From a virus (Duplodnaviria; Heunggongvirae; Uroviricota; Caudoviricetes): a stretch of 43,689 bases of DNA. The DNA lies in IMG/VR virus record IMGVR_UViG_3300045988_038444, positions 1 through 43,689 of that record; one strand, 5' to 3'. The position numbers were made by a program, and so were the translations under genes. Positions 16,218 through 22,953 of this stretch are shown here, one piece after another. Numbering within the stretch: position 1 is the first letter of the stretch; each line of letters opens with the position of its first letter. The notes below the pieces were generated by a model that searched no databases, was not told where the DNA came from, and saw nothing but the letters and a program-made list of their open reading frames with translations.

Positions 16218-16397
16218 ATGGCTACTTTCATCATTCTTTTCTTAATCGCTGCTGTATATCTGATCCCAGCACTCATCGCGATTAACGTTAAACATAAACA
16301 ACAAACAGCAATTATTTTACTTAACATCTTTGCGGGTTGGACATTCGTCGGTTGGTTAGGTGCGTTAATCTGGTCTGTGTTAAAAAGCGACAAATAA
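16218..16397 (+). CDS. small membrane protein, superinfection-immunity (Imm_superinfect)-like
   Basis: 59 aa, just below the track cutoff: MATFIILFLIAAVYLIPALIAINVKHKQQTAIILLNIFAGWTFVGWLGALIWSVLKSDK. It has two TMDs and a GWTxxGWxxALIW signature. RBS is GGAGAG. Confidence 0.65.
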   Translation: MATFIILFLIAAVYLIPALIAINVKHKQQTAIILLNIFAGWTFVGWLGALIWSVLKSDK

Positions 16398-16398
16398 G

Positions 16399-17310
16399 AT
16401 GAGTAGGAAACGTTTAACCACAGAAGAGTTTATCACGCGTGCCCGTGAAGTTCATGGGCACAAATACGATTACTCACTAGTGGAGTATTTGAATTGGCGC
16501 ACACCTGTGAAAATCATCTGTCCTATACATGGAGTGTTTGAACAAATTCCTAATAATCATTTAAAAGGACGCAAGTGTTTATTCTGTGCAGGAAATCAAC
16601 AATCAAATACCAATGAATTTATCACAAGGGGGCGCGAAGTTCATGGGGGTAAGTATGGTTATTCGTTGGTGAAATATAAAGACTCTCGGACCAAAGTGAA
16701 AATCATTTGTCCAATACACGGAATGTTTGAACAACGTCCATATAGTCACTTGCAGCAAAAAGCAGGTTGCCCACAATGTGCTTGGGAACAATTGTCTGAA
16801 CAAAGACGTTTATCCGCCGAAGAATTCATTACTCGTGCTCGCGAAGTTCACGGGGACCGTTACGACTATTCGTTGGTGGAGTATGTTAACAATTCCACCC
16901 CTGTAAAAATTATTTGTTCAGAACACGGTGTGTTTGAACAGACACCGGGCAATCACACATTTATGAAAGCTGGCTGTCCCCAGTGCGCTGAAACAGGTTT
17001 TAATCCGTCAGAACCCGGCACGTTATATGTACTCGCTGATGATAAACAGTATCCCACTCTGATTAAAATTGGTATTACAAACGACTTAAAACAGCGACTA
17101 CGACAACTACAACGACGAACTCCGCATCTTGTGGTTAAACTTGTATCGTATCCGTTCCCACATGGCGCTGACGCTTACAAACTGGAACAAGAGGTACACA
17201 AGGTCTTTCACGAACTTAATGCGCGTCTCAAAGGCTTTGACGGTGCTACAGAGTGGTTTAAATACTCTCCTGCAATCCTCGATTACATAAATGAAAAAGC
17301 CCGGAACTAA
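16399..17310 (+). CDS. T5orf172 (GIY-YIG-related) homing-endonuclease-like protein with three N-terminal zinc-ribbon repeats
   Basis: Three ~60-aa modules (EEFITRAREVHGxxYDYSLVEY...KIICPxHGxFEQxPxxH...GCPQCA). The C-terminus reads GTLYVL...IKIGITNDLKQRLRQL...ATEWF. Confidence 0.75.
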   Translation: MSRKRLTTEEFITRAREVHGHKYDYSLVEYLNWRTPVKIICPIHGVFEQIPNNHLKGRKCLFCAGNQQSNTNEFITRGREVHGGKYGYSLVKYKDSRTKVKIICPIHGMFEQRPYSHLQQKAGCPQCAWEQLSEQRRLSAEEFITRAREVHGDRYDYSLVEYVNNSTPVKIICSEHGVFEQTPGNHTFMKAGCPQCAETGFNPSEPGTLYVLADDKQYPTLIKIGITNDLKQRLRQLQRRTPHLVVKLVSYPFPHGADAYKLEQEVHKVFHELNARLKGFDGATEWFKYSPAILDYINEKARN

Positions 17311-17330
17311 CCGGGCTTATGTTTATTTTT
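17297..17330. terminator. bidirectional hairpin terminator at the end of the endonuclease gene
   Basis: AAGCCCGG-AACTAA-CCGGGCTT with a T-rich tail downstream and an A-run upstream. Confidence 0.55.
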
Positions 17331-18025
17331 CTTCATCTCGACAACACGTGCAGACCGCAATGCTGTTAACAATTTCCATAGGAACTGTACATCAACGTTG
17401 TACACCCGTGCGTAACGTTCACAGGCAACCCAATCACTATTTATCAAATCAAGATAAGCATACCAATAAAAAACAGCATCAGGTCGCAATTCAGGACGTT
17501 TCTGTACAACAACCGGAACAGATATACCACGTGCAGCCGCCCCTTGTGTAACCCAGTCCAGGTCGTCCCCGTCTGTCTTATCGTTCCACAAGAGGAAGTC
17601 GATCAGTTTTTTTCAATCTGTTTTTCCCATTCGTCCTGGAAGAATGCGGAATTAATTGCGAACTGAATAACACGGCTGTAGATCACCTGACCAAAACGTT
17701 CATCACTTAACAATTCAATAGCTTCTTCGACACTGAATGGTTCCGGTTTGTCATCTTCACCAATCAGTTTCCAGTCCAGCATAAGAACGTTAGCCACAAA
17801 CTTAACACCTTCTGGTGTATATTCCTGATTCCACAGTTTTTCAAAGAAGTTTTCAGACAACACACCGTTCTGTTTTACATAGTCCGCGACTGTTACGTTA
17901 TATACCTGGTTAGCGGTGTTCAGGTTCAACACGGTGATACTGAAATTTTCATTTAAAATCAGTTCAGCAGAAGACTTCAGCACCAGTGGAGAAAGTGCTT
18001 TTTTCAGATGGTCAAACTTTGACAT
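17307..18025 (-). CDS. tail assembly chaperone GT fusion via -1 programmed frameshift
   Basis: The G frame reads ...GAA AAA AAC TGA. A slip on A_AAA_AAC (plus coordinates 17612-17606) enters the ORF at 17307-17591, which has no RBS or ATG of its own. Confidence 0.6.
17603..18025 (-). CDS. tail assembly chaperone G
   Basis: 140 aa and acidic. Lies between the major tail and tape measure genes and ends at the slippery site. Confidence 0.7.
   Translation of the reverse strand: MSKFDHLKKALSPLVLKSSAELILNENFSITVLNLNTANQVYNVTVADYVKQNGVLSENFFEKLWNQEYTPEGVKFVANVLMLDWKLIGEDDKPEPFSVEEAIELLSDERFGQVIYSRVIQFAINSAFFQDEWEKQIEKN
17606..17612 (-). promoter_or_regulatory. -1 ribosomal frameshift slippery heptamer A_AAA_AAC
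   Basis: The run of 7 T on the plus strand (17607-17613) is A7 on the minus strand and fits X_XXY_YYZ in the G frame. The stop codon follows immediately. Confidence 0.6.
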
Positions 18026-18058
18026 GGTTTTTTTACCTTTTATGTAGTAGACGATTAG

Positions 18059-18087
18059 ATAGTAATAGTTCTGTACAAATTACGCAA
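18059..18087 (-). promoter_or_regulatory. candidate minus-strand promoter for the G/GT genes (TTGCGT, 17 nt, TACTAT)
   Basis: Read on the minus strand. Its -35 lies 5 nt beyond the AT block shared with plus-strand cassette P2. Confidence 0.35.
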
Positions 18088-18091
18088 GAGA

Positions 18092-18133
18092 TTTAAAATA
18101 ATTCTTGACGAATTACATCTGTTAAGGTATCTT
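18092..18133 (+). promoter_or_regulatory. conserved sigma70 promoter cassette P2
   Basis: TTTAAAATAATTC + TTGACG (18105-18110), 17 nt, TATCTT (18128-18133). Confidence 0.7.
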
Positions 18134-18165
18134 TAACTCAACGAAACGAACTGAGGGTAAGAGGG

Positions 18166-18790
18166 ATGGCGATTATTAACATGGGTTGGCATAGTTCTGT
18201 TTTTGAAGGAAATGTTAAACTCCTGGAAGGGGCATATAGTCCTATCCATCGTAATGATATTGGTGGCGATTACCCACCATCTTATTTTCTATACGAAACT
18301 GATCATGGGTGCTGTATCAAAGAACGTGAACGTAACGGTTACCATGATTCAGATTTTGAAATGTTAATATGGAACCCTGAAACAAAAAAGCGCTTCATGG
18401 TATACATTTGCAACTACCCGTGGTTGGTGTTATCCATGCTATGGTTCACGCCCAGATGCAACACCAGAAGTTTTAGAAGCATATAATATTTATGAACAAC
18501 AGCAAGAGGAAAAACGGCAACGTTATTGCAAAATAAAAAGAGTAAACAAGCAACGCAAACTGAACGCACAGTTTAGATTAATAGTACGTGAATTTGGTGT
18601 TGATCGCGAACAAGTTGAAAAACTTTATAAATTATATCACCCAGATATGTTCCCTGTATTTTGTAAACTTCTTAACAGTAATTTACGTTCTGATTTCCGT
18701 AAAAGTTTACGTAAACAACTAGTTGATTGGTTAAAAGGGAACGGTAAGTACGATAAACCATTTTCACCTAAACAAATTCAGTATTTATGA
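18166..18790 (+). pseudogene. frame-disrupted hypothetical gene (island gene inside the tail module)
   Basis: The frame-1 ORF runs 18166-18486. The +1 frame is open for 141 codons (18368-18790) with protein-like sequence and no start codon until near its end. The two frames overlap around an A6 run at 18384-18389. Confidence 0.6.
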
Positions 18791-18792
18791 AT

Positions 18793-18819
18793 AAAAAAGC
18801 CCCGGTTTAACGCCGGGGC
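18793..18819 (-). terminator. intrinsic terminator after the major tail gene (minus strand)
   Basis: GCCCCGG-N7-CCGGGGC. On the minus strand it is followed by T6 (plus-strand A6 at 18793-18798). Confidence 0.7.
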
Positions 18820-18839
18820 AACCACTACCAACCACCATG

Positions 18840-20297
18840 TCATGCTGTAGGCAGATATGGGAACAAGCTGAACCCAATCATAAAACCGATCGACTCTTCT
18901 TCGTGGGCGTTACCGCTAACAGTGACTTTCACTTTTTCGCCCGTCACAAGGTTTTTGGAACCGTCGCCCAGTGTCATCGCAGGAATGTTAACCACGATTG
19001 CACCGTCACCGTTTACCCCGGCAAGTTCGAAGTTGACTGTTGCGTTGTTACGGATCGCAGCCAGTACAGCACCGTCTGTCATCACCGTTTCAGTTTCCAT
19101 TGTGATTTCCAGGTTACCGATGTTGGTAAACGCAGCACCCATCACGCCCAGCACGTTTTCACCTGACACGTTGTTATTCACGGTGACAGTAACGTCTTTC
19201 AGGAACGTACTGAGTCCACTATCATCGATCCCGGTCAGTCGTACACGGTTCAGGTTCGTTACGGTGTTGTACGCTTCGTTAGCCACGAATTCAACATACC
19301 CGGAACCCGGCAGCGCGGTTTCTGACGGTGCTGATAAATCCTGTGCTACAAACGTCAGATCCATTGTCATTTTTTCAGTCAACGGTGCGTTGATCGTCAT
19401 CTGGTTTGCAGCTACAGCACGCGCATATTCATAAATAACAGGTGTCGTGTTGTAACGTACTTCCATTGTGTATTCAGTTTTAACGAACTCTGCAGAGTCA
19501 ACAGGAACGTTTCGAACAAAACTGGAAACAAATAAACGTACAGTTTTACCCGTACCTTCTTCAGTGGTGAATTCACTGTTAGCGAGAGTCAGAATATGAT
19601 CACCAACCATAGTCACACGGGCCATTTTACTGGTTACGGACTGTGTTAGACCATCAATATAAACATACTGTCCCGGTACTAAACCCAGTGTGGAAAAATC
19701 CAGGGTGGTAGACGTCAACTGACCATTACTGTTAACAGCGATTTCACCAGACGCTGCAGCATGCCCCACGAGATATAAACGAGCTTCAGCAGGCGGTGAC
19801 GCTTCGGCACTAAGCCCTGACACGTTGATAGCAGTAGTGGTACTATCAGCGCCTACAGTTTTCAAACCGTTGTTTGCAGCCAGTGTAAAACCTGTCGCAT
19901 AAACAAGAGCACCTTTAGGTAATGCCGCATCAAGAGTAGTAACGTTATAAGCATCAGCGCCAACACTGGTAACGTCAATATCAATTGCACCAGCACCGAC
20001 CCATTTACTATAAAGGAATCCGTCACCCCAGTAGCGGAACGTATCAAGTGTCAGGTCTGTCTGAAAGCCCGGTGCAACTTCAACGTTAGTTACCGTGCCT
20101 TTACGTGCAGATCGGTCCGTACTGATCGGTGTACGCTGAGTCTTTGTAATATCAGCACTGTAAGAACTGATTTCATTCGGTTGTTGAACCGTCCAGGGTG
20201 TACCAAAAACAGGTTCACAGACTTTTGCCACACTGAGTCGTGTTGCGTTTACATCAGTCGCAGGTGTTTGCGAACATTTAAAAATTGATTCAGCCAT
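18840..20297 (-). CDS. major tail protein
   Basis: 485 aa, Thr/Val/Gly/Ala-rich and beta-type composition. Lies upstream of G/GT and is followed by a strong terminator. Confidence 0.65.
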   Translation of the reverse strand: MAESIFKCSQTPATDVNATRLSVAKVCEPVFGTPWTVQQPNEISSYSADITKTQRTPISTDRSARKGTVTNVEVAPGFQTDLTLDTFRYWGDGFLYSKWVGAGAIDIDVTSVGADAYNVTTLDAALPKGALVYATGFTLAANNGLKTVGADSTTTAINVSGLSAEASPPAEARLYLVGHAAASGEIAVNSNGQLTSTTLDFSTLGLVPGQYVYIDGLTQSVTSKMARVTMVGDHILTLANSEFTTEEGTGKTVRLFVSSFVRNVPVDSAEFVKTEYTMEVRYNTTPVIYEYARAVAANQMTINAPLTEKMTMDLTFVAQDLSAPSETALPGSGYVEFVANEAYNTVTNLNRVRLTGIDDSGLSTFLKDVTVTVNNNVSGENVLGVMGAAFTNIGNLEITMETETVMTDGAVLAAIRNNATVNFELAGVNGDGAIVVNIPAMTLGDGSKNLVTGEKVKVTVSGNAHEEESIGFMIGFSLFPYLPTA

Positions 20298-20333
20298 TGT
20301 TCTAAGCCTCGTTTGATTGCAATCATTCGTAGT

Positions 20334-20759
20334 TTAATATATTTCTTCGTATTCGTAACTAAGTACGACGTTCGTTAAAAACCACGCGTTATCACGACCC
20401 TGATGACGAATATCAACACTCGTGTAAATTAACGGGCGGTCCTGCCAGACACCTTCAAATAATTTTGCAAGCCGATCCGCAATATCAATACTCAAAGTGT
20501 CCATGCCATACTGAGCAGGTGTGCGTACCTGTAAAAAAACGTTTCCTGTTCTTAAACGACGACGACAAACACCTTCCCCACCCAGCGTGGTTATTGTCCA
20601 CGGACCGGGATTGTGTGTCAGAATCAGACCGGGTTTTTCTGTAGTGTCATCAGGGAGTTGACCAGAAGCGATTGTAAATCTGTCAGGCGTAATTTCCACG
20701 GGGAGATTCGCCAGAACGCGATTATAAACAATTCCTGAAACATCTGAGAGTGTCATCAC
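20334..20759 (-). CDS. tail terminator / tail completion protein
   Basis: 141 aa. Lies immediately upstream of the major tail gene. Called on synteny. Confidence 0.45.
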   Translation of the reverse strand: MMTLSDVSGIVYNRVLANLPVEITPDRFTIASGQLPDDTTEKPGLILTHNPGPWTITTLGGEGVCRRRLRTGNVFLQVRTPAQYGMDTLSIDIADRLAKLFEGVWQDRPLIYTSVDIRHQGRDNAWFLTNVVLSYEYEEIY

Positions 20760-21184
20760 TGATTAAACCTCACCATTATTCCGGCTTTTAATATAGCACG
20801 TTCGACAAACCCGGAAGGTGTCTGTGTACTGCTACCACCATTGAGAACCCCAATGTAAGGAACGTTGTTAGTAATATGCAGTTCCTGACCATTAACTTTA
20901 ATACTGCTGATAGTGACTGTATCCTGTTCGATACGTGCTTTACTGGCTTCAACATTACCTGTTGGTGTATCAGGACTATTAGCGGGTTGCCCCTGATCGA
21001 ACCACCAGTTGTTGCTTGCCCAGCCACTCAATATTGGTGTACCATCAGGAGGCTCACTTATGAGTATGTTACGTAGTGTTAAAACATATCTAATGACTTG
21101 ACGATCCGTAAAATCTTGTAAGTCGGCTTTTATGTCTTTAAACACTCCAGTAATACGATTTATATCATTGATTTTGCTAGTCAT
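20756..21184 (-). CDS. neck protein (HK97 gp10-like head-tail joining)
   Basis: The start is taken at MTSKINDIN (ATG 21184). The track start at 21250 would run into the divergent endonuclease gene. Function called on synteny. Confidence 0.45.
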   Translation of the reverse strand: MTSKINDINRITGVFKDIKADLQDFTDRQVIRYVLTLRNILISEPPDGTPILSGWASNNWWFDQGQPANSPDTPTGNVEASKARIEQDTVTISSIKVNGQELHITNNVPYIGVLNGGSSTQTPSGFVERAILKAGIMVRFNQ

Positions 21185-21206
21185 TGACAAACCTAAAGGT
21201 AGAAAA

Positions 21207-22103
21207 ATGGGCGGTAAAAGACTAACCAAAGAACAACTAGAGCATAACATAAAAGATATTTGTCAATCAAAAAATTACAAATTTATAAAATGGAAAGACG
21301 GGTTTAAAAACAAAGAATCACGAATTATTTTATCTTGTGTTACACACGGGGAATGGGACACTAAATGTTATCATTTTTTGAATGGTTCTGGTTGTCCGAT
21401 CTGTGGTGGAACACGAACCACAAAAGGGTTAAGAATTGCACAGATTAAAGACAGTTTAACAAATTCTAAATCAAAGTTTATTAAATTTAAAACTAATTTT
21501 CAAAATGGAAATTCTGTTTGTTTGCTGAGCTGTATTGATCATGGTGGATGGGAGACAACAGTCAATAGACTAATCTTTACATCTGTTGATTGCCCGTTGT
21601 GTATAACGAATAGACAGAAAACTAAACAAGAACGAGAAATTGAAATAACAAATAGATGTAAAGAAACAGGGTTGTTTTTTAATAAGATATTCGACGAACA
21701 TCCGACATGGAAATCTAAAATATCATTAAAGTGTTCAACGCATGGTGATTTTGTTACAACAATTAATTCTTTTCTTAGTAAACAAAAAGGTTGTCCAAAC
21801 TGTAGTAAAACAGGGTTTAAAGCTGGTAAGTATGCAACACTTTATGTCTTGCGGTCCACATGCGGTCGTTACGTTAAAATAGGTATCAGTAATTGTGTAG
21901 AGCAAAGAATTAATACACTTCGTAGAAAAACACCATTTGATTTTCAAGTAATAGAAAAATTGAATGGACACGGGGCAACCATTCGTTCACTTGAAAAAGA
22001 TTTTCATTCTCATTTTGAATCTGCAGGATTAACCGGGTTCGATGGTTGTACAGAGTGGTTAAAATGGAATCCAAATATAACCACTCTGATACGGATGTTA
22101 TAG
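21207..22103 (+). CDS. T5orf172 (GIY-YIG-related) homing-endonuclease-like protein, second family member
   Basis: Three Cys/His modules (CVTHGEW...GCPICGG; CIDHGGW...DCPLCI; CSTHGDF...GCPNCS). The C-terminus reads ATLYVL...VKIGISNCVEQRINTL...CTEWLKW. Strongly AT-rich. Sits antisense between two neck genes. Confidence 0.75.
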   Translation: MGGKRLTKEQLEHNIKDICQSKNYKFIKWKDGFKNKESRIILSCVTHGEWDTKCYHFLNGSGCPICGGTRTTKGLRIAQIKDSLTNSKSKFIKFKTNFQNGNSVCLLSCIDHGGWETTVNRLIFTSVDCPLCITNRQKTKQEREIEITNRCKETGLFFNKIFDEHPTWKSKISLKCSTHGDFVTTINSFLSKQKGCPNCSKTGFKAGKYATLYVLRSTCGRYVKIGISNCVEQRINTLRRKTPFDFQVIEKLNGHGATIRSLEKDFHSHFESAGLTGFDGCTEWLKWNPNITTLIRML

Positions 22104-22481
22104 TTATACCGCTCCAACAGGATGAATAAATGCCATATCATCCCCTAACAATCGTGGGTTTTGACGATCAAGAAGGCGATATTCTTTACCACGTTCATCA
22201 ACCACAACATCACCCCGATCAGGAACAAATCGTGGTTCAAAACTCTGACTATCCATAATTACCATCGTTGTGGTTATTCTGGTCATAGTAGTCGGATCCC
22301 ACTTTTCTAATGGGTAAATATAACCACGACACGTATGCGATTCAGTAACGGTTGTACCCGGTAATGTAGGATTAGACGGGTTGGGAACTGTTATCACACG
22401 TTTTACCGTCAAATCCTCACCTACTTCAGCAAGTGCACGAGTAACACCTTTCAGGACACTTTGACGTTTGTCTGCCATCAC
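22104..22481 (-). CDS. head closure / head-tail adaptor protein
   Basis: 125 aa. Follows the connector-like gene. Called on synteny. Confidence 0.45.
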   Translation of the reverse strand: MMADKRQSVLKGVTRALAEVGEDLTVKRVITVPNPSNPTLPGTTVTESHTCRGYIYPLEKWDPTTMTRITTTMVIMDSQSFEPRFVPDRGDVVVDERGKEYRLLDRQNPRLLGDDMAFIHPVGAV

Positions 22482-22888
22482 CGTTCACCCTCGTTAAGTG
22501 CACGACCACCGCTTTCAAGTGTTACAGGTGGGTTGTCGAACTGACCACGTTGAATAGCAGGTTGCATACCAGCGCCAGTTAATGTAGCTCCACCAACACC
22601 CATAAAACTACCTAACAAACCGCCACCTGAATCAGCGCCAGTATTAATACGTAAAATAAAATCTTTTTTAAGTTTATTCCAGGCGTCTGCTGACTGACTA
22701 CTGCTGAGTGAGATCGGACCTACTTTAATGTCAGTATCGTTGCTGGCAATAGACGCCATATAATCACAGAGAGCGACGCAAATACTGAGAGGATTTGTAT
22801 AACCGTTGTCAATGTACCACTGAATTTGTTCATCAGTAACATCAGGGACACTGATCAAATAACGAATACCTTCAACTGTAATAGCCAT
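22478..22888 (-). CDS. head-tail connector (gp6-like) protein
   Basis: The start is taken at MAITVEGIRY (ATG 22888, RBS AGGTGA). The track start at 23062 would translate through a terminator hairpin. Confidence 0.5.
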   Translation of the reverse strand: MAITVEGIRYLISVPDVTDEQIQWYIDNGYTNPLSICVALCDYMASIASNDTDIKVGPISLSSSQSADAWNKLKKDFILRINTGADSGGGLLGSFMGVGGATLTGAGMQPAIQRGQFDNPPVTLESGGRALNEGER

Positions 22889-22927
22889 GTGATCACCTGT
22901 GAGAAATGTTTTCGTTATATTAGCACG

Positions 22928-22953
22928 AAAAAAAGCCGTCTTAAACAGACGGC
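22928..22953 (-). terminator. strong intrinsic terminator ending the non-coding segment (minus strand)
   Basis: On the minus strand: GCCGTCT-GTTTA-AGACGGC followed by T7. Confidence 0.75.

Noticed and set aside
16211-16393. 60-aa minus-strand ORF from the track
   Set aside because: It is the antisense shadow of the plus-strand 59-aa Imm-like gene (16218-16397). The plus-strand gene has a promoter, an RBS and a recognisable family signature. The minus-strand ORF has none of these.
18922-19434. 170-aa and 109-aa plus-strand ORFs (18837-19166, 18922-19434)
   Set aside because: Both are antisense to the major tail protein gene and have low-complexity Ser/Thr/Pro/Val composition. Similar antisense ORFs lie inside the tape measure gene (14858-15271), the scaffold gene (25382-26105) and the capsid gene (24258-24811).
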